A stretch of 56,515 bases of DNA, the filler included, from Sphacelaria rigidula (taxonomy: Eukaryota): the NCBI GenBank assembly GCA_964200075.2. It is 5 parts of 5 records of this genome, joined end to end, with 100 filler letters (N's around TTAATTAATTAA, not from the genome) between each part and the next. Parts side by side here need not be neighbours in the genome. Positions count along the whole stretch, not along the records: positions 22,647 to 33,869 come from CAXNAA020005212.1; positions 33,970 to 45,192 come from CAXNAA020005213.1; 3 more parts are not named here. One strand, 5' to 3'. The number at the start of each line of letters is the position of its first letter. Position 1 is the stretch's first letter. Positions 24,921-39,947 of this stretch are shown piece by piece. The notes beneath the pieces are model-generated. The model was not told the DNA's origin, made no database searches, and worked only from the letters and a program-made list of their open reading frames with translations. The position numbers were made by a program, and so were the translations under genes.

Positions 24921-27900
24921 TCTCGCGATGGGGATTGGGTGTTTGCGGGGGATATTGATACGCGGTATCAACAACTAACAATCACGGTGTGCGGGATTGT
25001 TTCTTGCCAACACGACATTTTGTCAGAGATGGTTCTCAAATAAGAACCAAAAATGGTTCACAATATGAGCATTTGGTTGTGTTTCTAGTAAAGATGTGCT
25101 GGGTGTAAATATAGCTTGTCGCCGTGAGAGGAGGGAGAGAGCTTAGAGAGAGAGGAAGGTGAGTGGTATCCGGAGAACTATCGTAAGTTTACATTGAGAT
25201 CGAGCGTTTTCGGTTCGAAATGTTTTACGCTGGTCGTACACTCGTACACTAGCGGTTATCCCACAAAAATCCCATTTGTATCTGTTTCGATTCCAATGGG
25301 CGATTTTGTCCTGTTCATAGTCTACTTGCTGTTTGTTGTGCTGCATTTGCTATTCCTGACTGTACTCTACTGAACTGTCTCCGAACAGACGAGTTGGATT
25401 TCATTGGCCGACTTTTTTAGAGGCTTTCGAGCAAGGGATTGTCAAGCAGTTTTCCCTATCCGAGCGCTTTTGTAATTTACCCTCATCCTCCGCCCCTCCC
25501 CTTCCATGATCTCAAAATCTCCACTGTCTGTAGGCTGTGTTTTCGATATATGCCTTGAAGGAGGAAATTATGATTGCGTGTGCCGTAGCTGCACCGTACC
25601 GTAGGCTTCACTTTGTAGTGTAGTTTTCGTTGTGCCACTGGCGGGCGACCTTTTCTCTGGACTAATATAGTGAAGAAAACTGATGAGGGTCATACCGCAC
25701 TCCTGTGTTGATTTTTATATAGCTGTACTGCACTGAATTGAAATGGAATATTTGCTGTGCTGTCCGGTTCTGTACTGCGGTGCATGTTCTTGAAAGAGAG
25801 TGATTGGCGTTCCGGGCTGGCTTATGCTCGGACATGTTTCATGAAAAAGGTTTTGAAGGGACTAGCATACATCACACAGCCGCGCGAGCGTCAAGGTTTC
25901 CCTGCTTCTAGACGTACGTGTGTATTCGCCAGACCAATGCTATGTATGAGTGTTGAACTGGTGAACAACAACCGCTGGCCGTCATTTCACCGTGCCAGCG
26001 GTTCAACAGATGGAACACGAACACACACCAGCGCTTTAGGGGCGAGAGCCTCGTACAGACAGTAGTACAGTGTATAGAGGGTTCAACACTTGACATTTAG
26101 TTCATCGGGAAATATCCGGCTGTAGTGTACTTTTATCTTGTTTCCGTCCCTCCGAATTTGACTGTAATAATACGGGGCTGCGAAAGCGCGGGTTCCGAAA
26201 ATTGCCGGCGGCCTTTCTTCGCAAAACCCCGCACCCAGATATCATGAACCCAACGGTCGTGATTCGGACTGACGGAGGAAGCTTAGGTATTGGTGCGAAC
26301 ATCGCTTTATGGAAAACCAGGCCACAGCTGGAAGGAAACGTCGTACTCTCTCTAGCGGTTCGCTGAACCTTGGCTGAACCTGCACATTTTTTTCTCTTCT
26401 TCACGATTGCGGTGCTGTCATGTTCCAGTGAACCAGCTTCCTACCCATAGACTTGCCATAACTCCTCCCAGGCAAGCAAGACCTTTGGGCACGACGCCTG
26501 AGGTATAAACTCCGTACAAAAGGGGGACATCGATGACATCACGTTTTGGCGCAAAATTCGTCGTCGCTGCCCTCATGTGGCACTTTGGGCGGAAAGAAGA
26601 CTCAATTGCTCACTCCTCGTTTCCAATCTGGCGCAAGCGCTGCATGCCTAAACATATTCGTGTGCTGCGTAGGTCTCTTGGTGGCCTTCCTACAGGCGCC
26701 CGTGGCTTATCGTTGTTGCTGTGTGTTGTGAAAACGTCCCTGCCCGCGTAGCAGGCAGGTGCTTCCCCGGAACAAACAATGCATCTATCGGTCACACGAA
26801 GGGCGGCATCGAAGCGAGTCATTACTGGCGACTGCCGCAAACTTACGACCACATCCCTTGGCTGTACAGCAAACGCCCTGATTTCCGTGTCGGTGTAGAA
26901 TGTACACGGCGGTGTACCGCACCGCCGGACGTGTCGCTCGCAGACGAGTTCGGGTAAGCAACAAATGGCGCCAAAACTTTCGAGGACGTCGGAGCTGCCC
27001 ATTGCATGTTGCAGGGAATCGTGGCGCTATTCACTACCCTCGTCAATCGTAGGGGCGAGCCCCTGCTACCGCTCGGGAGGGCGTTTGAACGCTGCTGCTG
27101 AGCGTGGTTTCAAGTCATCAACTGTTATCTAGACAGGATCACACTTCCTCGTCGTCGGCAGTGCGCCAGTTGACGCGAATACCTCACCCTTGTACAGTCG
27201 CGACCCTTTGTTGACGGACGATACCGTTGGACTTAGTCTTGAGACCCACCGATGCAAAGCCCCCGCATACCAGGATGAAGTGTAATGCCGAAATTTCTGT
27301 GACCTTCTGGATCAAACCTAGTCTCTCCGGGAGGCGTTTTCTTGTGCATCAGACACGAAAGATTGCACACTCCCACGCAGCACTGACAGGAGTATCGTTC
27401 GTCCTTGATATTGCCGGCCGTCATTTCCGGAGGATGTACTTTGTTTTGTGAACGTTAGCTCGTCATCATGTGCGAGAAGCTGAATTCACAACGACTATCT
27501 CCCGTCCCAATTTTTACCCGTGTCGTGTGTCGGGAAATCGCAGGAAGGACTTCCATCACACGAAGGAACGCAAGGGCACACAACAATCTTGCACGTCTTT
27601 TGCGTGTTTTGTGTGCGTATGCGTGTGTGTGTATGCTTTTGGGCGAGAACGGTGAAGATTGAGGGTGAGGAACAGCGGCGCGATACGTAACGCAACAAAG
27701 TACTCCACTCTGCTCCTCCGACCGCTTCTGTCGCTGCTTCAGTTGACTTTCTCAGAAGAACCCGACCGACGTGTCCCTGCGACTTGTACTTCACTGCACT
27801 GTGTCGTAGCAAAATGGCGAACGACGGCTCTCGGAATCCGTCCGGTGCTTCACCCGCGAAGGTGCGTGATTGGGCAAAAAGGGCACAGAACCATGTATCG

Positions 27901-28376
27901 CCAGTACCGTAAAATACACACAAAGGCAGAAAACACGGGCAAGGGGGGTCATGGGAACGATGCATTACCGAGCTGTGCGGTGTGCGGGCCCGCTGCTCTA
28001 TTTATTATATTTTTTTCGGGTGGAGGAGTGCAGGATCAATGAAGTGGGCGAAGTCTTATTTCTGATTGAGTCCGGGTTGTACGTCGTGAGGGGGTTGACT
28101 GTACGTGCAGTTTGCCGCTTGGCCTAGTTTTTCACGCTTTTGGTGTACGATCGCTCTGCAGCGGTCGAATCTCCTTTCTCCCGTTGAGTACAAAACGAGG
28201 TCATGAGGGGGTGTGCGAATAGAACGCGATGAATACCGCGCGGTTCGCTCGCTACAGTGTACGGACTCTTTTGCTCTGTGACGCGCAGATCATTCTACTC
28301 GTTCCGAAAATGTGGAGTTGTAATGTAGCTGTTACGGCTTCCGCTGCGTTGTGTGTGTGCGCCCGTTCACTTGAAC

Positions 28377-30187
<1,811 letters not shown>

Positions 30188-30801
30188 GTGAGGGTTAATT
30201 TTTGTCGAGGGGGGCGGGAGGGAAGGGCGCCCGGGAATGTGTACTCGTGGTTTTGGCATGCCGTAGCCATAAGACCACTGGGGGGGGGGCAGGAGAGGGG
30301 TGATGAGCAGTGTAGGAAGAGAGGCCGTTTGTGCTACGCGCTTAGGGACCATTGACGGTGATGGTCGGTCCCTGCTGCTGCTACCGCCGGCGCTCTTTGT
30401 TGTTGTGCCACAGCGGTGAGGTTAACGCTAGTTTTGGCGTTATATAATTCACGGGTCCGTGCTATCAAACAGCAAAACTTCAGCTTAGTCGTGAAGCGAA
30501 AACTAAAATGGTGTACCACCACTTTATTATCGTGTATATATCGCCGCCGACGTTGCGTTCATCTCTGGTTCGTACCGCGTCCCTCCCAATAAATTTGCTT
30601 TTGTCAGTCGGCTATCGACGCATTGCAGCAACGCATATAATGTCTCTACCAGGGATATCAACCCCATCAACCCCATCCTTCCTCTAATCGTTTTGTGCAC
30701 TTTTTGTAGGCTCATCACGGTATCCTTCGAAGAAGGAGCTCCCATATTTTCCTGTTTCGTGATCCCTCATTTACCTCGCCCATCGCCGAACCCTTACGCA
30801 G

Positions 30802-31552
30802 CCCTCTGCTCCCGGGTGGCGGGTTCGCGGGCCAGAAAAAAACTTCGGAGTCTGGAACAACGCCAAAGCCAATTGCCCCTGCGTTGCCTCGACCGCCCCC
30901 GATGCGGATCGCCCCAGCCCTCACCACGCAATACCTTCAACACTGCAGTAGCAACATGGGCATGAACGTGAACAGCAGCATGGCCTTGAATATGAACAGC
31001 AACATGGGCATGAACGGCAACTTGGGTGTGCACAGCAACGTAGGAATGAAAAGCAATGTGGGAATGAAAGGCAACATGGGCATGAACGTAAGCAGCAGGA
31101 GTAAAGTGAACAACAAAACAAGTGCTGGTAGCAGCTACAATAGCAACGGCAGCAGCCACGACAATAGCAGTAGCTGCAGCAGAAGCAGCAGCAGCAGCAG
31201 CAGGAGCAGCCAATCTCCGTCTCGGCGTCACAACTATCCGACCAACAGAAGGAACAAAGTCGCGAATAATAACGACAGCAACAGCAATGACAACAACAGC
31301 TGCAGCCACGACAACAATAACAGCAGCAGCAACACCACCGACACCGCCATCACTACCACTACCACCATCAACAACAACACCACCACCGCCACCACCAAGA
31401 ACAGCAGCAGCAACAACAACAACAACAACAACAGCAAGAACAGCAACACCACTACTATCACCGCCAACAACAACACCAACGCCAACAACAACACCAATAC
31501 CAACAACAACACCAACAACAACACCAATACCAACAACAACAACAACAATACC

Positions 31553-31601
<49 letters not shown>

Positions 31602-31681
31602 TTAAAACCAACACCAACACCAACACCAATACCAACAACAACACCAACACCAACAACAACACCACTAACACCACTAACACC

Positions 31682-31737
<56 letters not shown>

Positions 31738-31886
31738 AACTAGCGGAAGCAAGGGCGACAACGCCCCTGCTCCCTCCCCAGCACCCTCAGGTTTCGGTAA
31801 GCGGGCAGCCCCGACGAAATTCTTGACTACCCTGCACGACATGCTTACTGCCGGCAACCCGCACATCTGGTGGGAGAGAGAGTCGG
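30802..31886 (+). CDS. HSF-type transcription factor, exon 2 (M-G-M-N repeats, S/N/T-rich tracts, start of HSF DNA-binding domain)
   Basis: Acceptor cttacgcag|C; frame open to KRAAPTKFLTTLHDMLTAGNPHIWWERES (HSF helix 1 and conserved Trp); donor G|GTGAGT at 31887. Confidence 0.8.
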
Positions 31887-32452
31887 GTGAGTCGAACAGC
31901 AACATATCACCGTGCGGGCCGGTGTTTTTTGTTGTCTGCATTTTCTGTTTCGCTGAGAATGGAAAGTTCGAATCGGTGAATTCATTAAACTTGTGTAGGT
32001 AATTTGATCATTGACCACGCATCCCTTTCGAGAAGGAGCGCGGGGGGGACGGGGGGGGCATATACACTTCGGGGATTTGAGGAGAGTTTGGGAGATGTTT
32101 CAATTGTCCTGCAATGTGCTCCAAGTATAAATGTTTCACGACTTTTTCTTGTGTCTTTCAAGTTGTCCGGCGATACTCGGCACTGCGAAGTAGTTCAGTG
32201 GGAGGCCGGCTATCTATTTTGTTCGACGCTGCTGATGAGCACACTTGCCGATGCTACAACCAGGTCCCATCTCAAATTTGCCTCGAACACACCGTCAATC
32301 GACCCGACTATTATTTATATTTTGCAGCAAGCCATCCGCTTTTCGCTTCCACAGTTGGTCTCGTTTGGTCTGGATTGCCTCCGCCCCTCCCCCCCCCCCA
32401 AAAACCCCCGGTCACGTCGCTTTGCTTTGCTTTGCTTCGCTTCGCTTGCCAG

Positions 32453-32493
32453 GGAGCGTCGTCATCGAAGACCCTCAAGTGTTGGAAGCAGAG
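32453..32493 (+). CDS. HSF-type transcription factor, exon 3
   Basis: Pyrimidine tract plus ccag|; encodes (G)SVVIEDPQVLEAE; donor GAG|GTAAGG; phases match both neighbouring exons. Confidence 0.85.
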
Positions 32494-32625
32494 GTAAGGA
32501 CGGGCTTGATTGAACAAAACACCTCTTCATGGACCATGCTAGGGCACACTCCCGGGGGCAGAGGGCGAGGAAGTGATGAAATACTCATTTGCCGGAGTTC
32601 TTGTGCTCCAGAAATGCTTCGGGTC

Positions 32626-32900
32626 GGATAGGGTACAAATGGTATACTGGTGTGTTGAAAGGTACACTGGCATGCTGAGTATCTCCCGCAGTGAGTACCC
32701 TGCATTTCCGGACTACAATGTGCTCAGTACTCTGGGTATCAGACCGGGTATTTCGGCGCGCGGGTACCCGAGGTACCTAGGGGTGCCCAGTACTCCCGGC
32801 ATTCGGTGCCCTGGATACCCACTGCACTTGTATTGAATCCATGCCCTGAACTCCAAAGACCATGGGAATCCAGAGTACGCCAGGGTGCGTACCCTACCAT
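32626..32900. mobile_element. intronic MITE-like element rich in GGGTAC/GTACCC motifs
   Basis: Ends GGATAGGGTAC ... GTACCCTACC; repeated internal GAGTAC/GGGTAC motifs. Confidence 0.45.
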
Positions 32901-33548
32901 AGTTTTTTTTCTGTACTCTGTTATACAGGTATACGCTTGCTTGTTGTGGGCGCGCTTTGCGGATGGGCTAGGATCCGTCCTGATGGCATTCCAAGGTGCC
33001 CGGGCTTTGCGGCATCGGCACGTTCAAAGTCTGATGAGTTAGTCGTATGTCCGTGCCACCTATTTCGCGCTAAAAAGTGACCCTGGACATGTATTGTGTC
33101 GCATGTTCTGCTGTTCGATGGCTGATCGCACCGTTCTCGCCCCCCTCACGTAGTACCGTTAATTCGCTTTGTTTTCGGGCACGCACGAGGGCAGTCGGAC
33201 TGCCTGACTGCCTGACCACCTGACAGTCAACCTTCCATCACAGGATAGTAGGGCGCGCGCGGGGGGCGGGTGGGGGGGGTACTCACTGCTTGCCTTCATT
33301 GACCACGCATCCCTTTACAGGGTAGTAGGGGGAAGGTGGCGACAGTAGAGAATTGAGCTAGCTTCCCCGTCTAGGTCTCGTGAGGAAGGGGGTTGATGAT
33401 GTCAAAGGTATGGCTATGTGCGATGAAGATCCTTACGTTCAGCAAGATGGTAGCTGGGTTCGAGAGTACTGGAACGAATTGGGACTCTAATGACTGTCTC
33501 ACCTGTTTCACCCGCCGCGACTCCTCCCGTGTTTTTCGTGCGCAACAG

Positions 33549-33623
33549 ACGATGCCTCTTTATTTTCCAGAACCGAAGATCGCGACGTTCTACCGCCAGC
33601 TGGTGTGCTACGGCTTCAAGAAG
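33549..33623 (+). CDS. HSF-type transcription factor, exon 4 (recognition helix); gene probably continues past the contig end
   Basis: caacag| then TMPLYFPEPKIATFYRQLVCYGFKK, matching the HSF consensus LPxYFKHxNxxSFxRQLNxYGFxK; probable GC donor AAG|GCATGT. Confidence 0.85.
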
Positions 33624-33869
33624 GCATGTGTTTTGTACATAGGGTATTAGTATTCATAGTCATAAAAATATTGTACTGTCGGAGTGTTGGGCAGCTACCT
33701 TAGGGCCATTCTCGTGTCGTCGTTGAACCGATGTTTTTCTCCCGTGTTTTGTCTTGATGGTGATTGAGTCCATTATGTTACCTTGTAAGGGTGGAGAGTG
33801 AACCTGGTTCAAGTTAACGACACACAGGTATGCCAAGAAGGTAAAGCGGAATAATGTGTGTGTGGGGGG

Positions 33870-33969
33870 NNNNNNNNNNNNNNNNNNNNNNNNNNNNNNN
33901 NNNNNNNNNNNNNTTAATTAATTAANNNNNNNNNNNNNNNNNNNNNNNNNNNNNNNNNNNNNNNNNNNN
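33870..33969. other. artificial contig linker
   Basis: N44-TTAATTAATTAA-N44. Confidence 0.97.
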
Positions 33970-34480
33970 GCCGTGCTTTTGTGCACACGCAGGAAAAGAC
34001 AGAATGGAAAACGATCAATATTTCGCGGAGTTATGGACGATTGAAAGAACTTGTATCTTGGCAAACTTGAGCGTATCTTTGATGAAGTGTTCTTCCTCGG
34101 TCGTCAGTGCAGTGTGTGGAACACCCCTGCCAGCTATGCTCACGCTACCACTCATACGCTTCTGAAGTGCACCAACGGAGGTGTCAAAGGTCGTAGCTGC
34201 AGCACGGAAGCTAGGACGACCGCTGTGTACCGCTTATACGGCCTGTGCTGCGCGTTCTGCTCTCTGCATGCTTAGCAGCCGATCGACCAAAAAGCTGATT
34301 TTGGAGGATGACACATACGCGCTTACTCGCAGCACTGTAAGACTACGTAATCGGGTGCTTGAGACACATACAATAGCTTAAACAAAGCGCCGTGCTCTTG
34401 TGCACACGCAGAAAAAAACAGAACGGAAAACGGCTAATACTTCGCGGAGATATGAACGATTAAAAAAACTTGTATCTTAA
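33970..34480 (+). repeat. direct repeat, ~419-bp period
   Basis: GCCGTGCT.TTGTGCACACGCAG.AAA..ACAGAA.GGAAAACG...AACTTGTATCTT at about 33970-34060 and 34388-34478. Confidence 0.75.
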
Positions 34481-34849
34481 TTGGCTCTGTATCTTAATTG
34501 GTACATTTCCCTCTATCGTACTATTGTAGAGAGCATATTGTCATCTCAACTATTATCAGTCATACATGGCGATAATACGGCTTTCCACACAACAACTTAT
34601 GTTTATTCGCCGCCTACAAGAAAGGGGCTTGCAGCAATAAAAACGAACCGACGCCACCCTCATCCCCCGTACTTTAGTACGTTCGCATGGGTGCTTCATC
34701 GCAGTCCCTTTTGCACAAACCAAGAGAATTATCTGCCAAGATTAGATTGTGATAATACGCATTTCCGATCTAACCAGAATTGAAGCTTTATACACAATAC
34801 CTGAAGTAGTAGGGGGAAAAACGAAATACTATTTGTTTTAAAAGAAAAT

Positions 34850-37800
34850 AATTACCTGACCATGTAGCCATCCCACGATAGGAGGATACGGGGAGGGGAG
34901 GTGGCCAAGCACTTGCTCAAGCATAACCACTTCCCGAGACTTTGCTCGAGGCAGTAAGGAGGACTGAGAATCAAACGATGCAGTTATTCGGCGATATATT
35001 ACCGTCGGTCGCTTGACGCTGTATCCTCGGAAATTGTTGTGGCGAATGTTTGCCTTGTTGTAGACCACACCCGTTAACCCCGTTGTGACTCTGCTTCGGG
35101 CATAGCTTGCCTTCCTACCTATGGGATAGCCCGATGACGGCATACAAGCACTTAGATGTAATGCTGTTTTTTTTAGGCTTGTCACGCGACCGCAATTTGT
35201 TGGACATGAAGAATTCTGACAAAACGTGTGGGAAAACGCACGTGAGGCTTTTCTTGACGATGGACCTACTTTTGGGACTTTCAATGTACCTTCTCCTTGT
35301 CTCACCTATGAAGAGACAAAGGCGGCAGTTTCATGTGAGAGGGTTTTGGGCGCACGTCCTACATTCCGCATTCCATCACACGGTGTCATGTCAACAGCGT
35401 GAGTGTTTCAATCACATCATTATTTCACCCATAAAACAGCACACCCCCATCTACATGAAGCTAAGTCATGGTGTGTACAGTATTATTGTAGGGCTATCCG
35501 GGCCTCAACCTGCATGAAACACGCAGCGGTACTGATTTTCAGGGGTGCTCACTTTCTTCACTTGGAAATTGGAACGAACAAGGCGGTTGAAAAATAGCCA
35601 TCGCACGTTTCCAACTTTGAAACAACAAAAGAGAGGGAACTGTGTGTGGAAAAGGTTCACAACCAGGGAAGAGATTACCCGTGTTCATCATCGCGAGGAC
35701 GCCCTTACATGTTTGGTCGAGTGTGATGCGCTCAGACACACAACACAAATTCCCGAGATAATGTTTAAGAAACCCCAGGACACGACGCGTGCATCCCCGG
35801 GCATCGACTTGTTGCCCCTTCGTTTCATTCGGGAACGCAATCATGCATGGTGTGCCGTCGACACCTAGCCCACTGGAGGAGATCCCAGAAATCCCCGGTC
35901 ACGTGAAAGTGATTGCTAAGTGTTGTGTGTTTCGACCGCTCTCTACCTGTGAGGTGGGTCCTTCCCCAGTAACGCTCGGGCGAAAAGTGATGACCTGCGT
36001 TCCATTTTTCAGAGCTTGCATGTTATCAAACCATCAATTCCTGAACTGACTACCCTCGGCGTTGTTCTGCGTGCTACGATCCTCACGAAATATAACCTTT
36101 CTTATCAGGAGTATGTGCCTGGACTAGAATATTTTGTGCGGCTTTTCCAGTATGTGTGTGATATCCCATCTATTCTGGACGCACGCCAATCTACACACCT
36201 TTCGGTACATTTTGGCACATCAGCCGGGGTCACACAGGATTGAGGTCAACACCGGACTTCTATATCTTGTGTTTTGTTTTAGCCCCCTATCTCTCTTCCG
36301 CTGTGCTTACGTCGCTTTTCGTCCGGAGAGGGTTCAGCGGTATATCTTCCTCGTCGAAGTCGAACTTTTGTGTACTCACAACAAAATCACTCTCCACTGT
36401 TGGGCATGGTGTAGTAGAACCCGCCCAGGTTGTGTGAGTTCACCGAGATTCGAACCCAAGTCCCAACCGTGAGAAGGTTCCGAAGCTACCATCTGCGCCA
36501 CCGGGGCGACCAGTGCGTTCTTGACAAAAACAATAGCCCACGAGGCAGAACCCACGCTCGATGCCCTCCAATGCTGCCTGCGAGCACGATACGAAGGAGC
36601 TCCAAGTAAATCCCGTCGGTCCTTGTACATAATCAACCACGAAACAGAAGAGCATGAATGTGCTCTCTTCCACATCCACACCCATCCATTCTTGCTTCCT
36701 CTTTGTGATATAAACAGAAATACCTCGCGACTCCTTTGTAATGCTCCCCAAAACATCAGTTGCATGAGCGCCCCGAATATTTCCACGACCATCATATGTC
36801 CAACGCAGTCCCTTTCACACTGACAACATTTCATCCTTAGCTGACGCATCCCTTCCCTCGCCGATGATGTGTTTCATCCAACGGTAATTGCCGACAAACA
36901 CAGAGGTAGTGCAGAATTTTGTGTTCATTGGTTGTCTCGTGCCACCTCCAAAGCAACGTGTTCTCATGACAATAGGATGAGTGTTCCCTCACTTGCAACC
37001 GGATACCCTGAGGATGTATGCCATACCTACTCGCCATCCCTTTCTCCCCTAATACGGCCCTAAACATGAGACTTAGTTTACCTCTTGTCGGGGACAAGAG
37101 CTCCCTGCAATGACCCCGAGATTGCGGTTTTCTACTGCGGGATGGGCAGCACGCGCAAGGCGTATTTATACCAACTATGTCAATACAGTACTAGAGTTGC
37201 ACCATACCACGACACCAGCAAGCAGGAGGGACCAGCATGCGCCGTGAAGAGGAGATTTACGGTTCATCGGAGGAGAAAAACAAGGTGGTAAAACAAGGGA
37301 GATGAACAAAGAAACCGGTCGGCACGTATGTCACCTGAAAAGACCCACACGTACTAGTACCACAATAGCGCATCTTATCAGAGGTATCCATTTGCGGCTC
37401 CACACCTTAGCAGTTGTCCCGACGCAACAAACGCAGACCGCGCACTTCAGCCAACATCGCTGCGGAAATAATAATATCTATATACAGCATGAGTGCCCCA
37501 TGATACAGTGTGGTAGTGAAGCATTGCCCGCAAGACAAATATCGATTCCATGCAGCTACCCACCGCTACGTATCCCCCACCCGTATGCACACATCACAAC
37601 AGCAGCTAGCGTGTATTACCTTTTCAAAACAACGGCAACAAGGAAACATCCTCCTTGGACCCTCCAACACCGTGGCGATCAACTCATGGTCGTTTGTTCT
37701 GATTTCGAGAGTACGCAGCGGAGCACCATGCCAAGTAGTAGCCTGCTGCGATCCATCAGAGCCCCTGACTTTTGTCCCTGTTTCTCCTCAGACGATGTCG

Positions 37801-39640
37801 CCAATCTCTTGGCACTCCCGCCTGTTTCTTCCCCACGCATAAACAAAGACGCAATCCTTCACCGTGTGCTTTGTCCACCACTGTGCCCATTGGGAAAACC
37901 CGGCATCGCTCTTTTCACTGCTACTACAACCATTAGCAATTTGTCGTCCGCGATCTATTTTGCCAACGGTACATGTTACATTAATCACAAACGAAGAAGT
38001 CGCCAGAGGAGATTCGAGTCTTGGGATCTGCCACTCAAGGAAAAATATTGAGAAAAAAAACACGTTTGAATCCTAGAAGCTGAGCTTGAGCATGACGCAT
38101 GCCCATAACGCCAAATGAACGCGTATCACCGTGCGCACTAGTACATCACCTCGAGAGCGAATAATGCCACATTCACCAGACTATGTAACCCCAACTGAAC
38201 TACTAGGAATTAGCGCCCCTGCATCACACTCTTCGGATAATGTGGAGCTAGGTCTGTCGCCGTCAGGTACGATTAAGGGTACATCAAATATCGTTATTTC
38301 AAAGCCTGTCACTACTGCCATTTATTACATCGATCAACAAGATAAAGACGTCGCGGTGACAATTTCTGCGCATGTCACCCCTACGATCTCTTCCGTGTTT
38401 TCAACGCGGATCCACACCGCAAAAGGCTTCGACCATGTCGATACTGACTCAAACCGGCAACCCCACCGCGACTGAAACAACTGCTGCAAATCCATGCCCA
38501 TTGAAACACGGAAAAATTGCATTTCGGAACACAGTTCCGAACTATCGTGTGTCAAGATGCACTATCAGCAGGACTCACTGTACCCCTAATGACGACTTAA
38601 CAATAGGATGCAGTGTACTCACAGTCTCGTTGGTTATTCTGCCTGAATGCTACCACCGTCGGCCACCCACCCCACCCACCCGCGTCTTTAACCACGCACA
38701 CGACTTACGCTCTTTGTGGAAGCCCTCCTCGCTCCGCCCCCCTCCCCAGATCCTGCAAAATGCAACCAGGTTGCCACTCCTTCACCAACAACGAAGTCGT
38801 CACGGACCGTCATGGTTGGAAACAGCCTCGCAGTTTGTGCCCCCACCCGATTGGTAACATCCATCAACTCCACAAGTAGGACAAGTTTCCAGATTTGTTC
38901 TTGTACGAAATCCGCTCTGGCGGTGACTCATCCGATACCAACTCCAATCACGTATTCACGTTTCATTACGTCATCTAGCGCAAAACACGCGCCACACGAT
39001 TGTACGGTACCTCCTAAAAAACCAAAGCATTGCACGCAGCAATCATCCATATTATATAGGACAAGACAAGTTTTGACATCACCGACCACACACATCAAGT
39101 CGCGTGGCCTTAGTTCAATACCAGCCATTTGAGAGCGACACCCCCCCACACACAACCCTGCCGAGCTCCAGCGGATCGCAACTACCAGTTTCACATTCTC
39201 AAGAATGACGTCCAGATTCAGATGCCCCTCCGGCTGCACGCGCCGTAGCTCCCTTCAACCTCCCAACACTGTATGCTGTGCTCCGTCCTCTAACCGTCAG
39301 TGTACGGGGTGCCGTCGTCCCTGTCCGTCGTCGTTGTCTCCGCCACTTGTGGGCGCTGGCGTCACTGCTCCGCCTCCCCCGGGGTCTCACTGACACTACA
39401 GGGGCACCTCTCTTCGCTCCCGCCAGAATGCTTCACCCTCGCAGTCGCCGAGATGTGGGGCACCACCGGACGTAATTCTGCCGCCATCGGTCCCACTACC
39501 CCCCCCTCTAGCCCCGGAGATGCCCCAAAGCTGGATGGAAAAACAACAAATGGAGAACCGCATGCTGAGGATCCAACTGTACCGTGACGCTGGTCTCGTC
39601 CAACACCCTTGGAAGACGGCCCTTGCCGCCTAATGTGCAG
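34850..39640 (-). pseudogene. decayed multi-exon coding region of unknown function (weak GNAT-like and SET-like fragments)
   Basis: Protein-like minus-strand segments with GT-AG flanks but internal stops and frameshifts, e.g. VWIRVENTEEIVGVTCAEIV, KLLMVVVAVKR...RIASLFM and LDQTCKGVLAMMNTG; interrupted by a SINE. Confidence 0.35.
36400..36512 (-). mobile_element. tRNA-derived SINE head
   Basis: Minus strand GGTCGCCCCGGTGGCGCAGATGG (A box) ... GGGTTCGAATCTC (B box); homologous to 22647-22748. Confidence 0.7.
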
Positions 39641-39947
39641 TATCATTTGCGACGTCGCGGAGGGAACAGAGGAACGGGGGGGACAAGGTGTAGCTCTATG
39701 AAATCATCACAAACGAAAACGTCTGAAGCGAACGTCAGCTTTCAACATACAGTACATGGATAATGTCCTGGTGCTCACGCACATGCTCGAGACAATACAA
39801 GAAATACCTCTGTAATCTACAGCGCCCCACTTTGTCATTTAGAGAGAAATCTTTCTCGACACCATAACATGCGCTGACATATATGCCCACACACGTCAAA
39901 ACAACACCATTGCATGACTCCACACGTTCACCAATGTCCTCACGCAC

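Noticed and set aside
30710..30801. Alternative acceptor at 30709 for HSF exon 2
   Set aside because: Out of phase with the donor at 30188 (gives a stop at 30963-30965); the acceptor at 30801 keeps the frame
31122..31941. Thr/Pro-rich mucin-like ORF (+) and poly-Leu/Val ORF (-)
   Set aside because: Alternative-frame readings of the AAC microsatellite; only the Asn frame runs into the HSF domain
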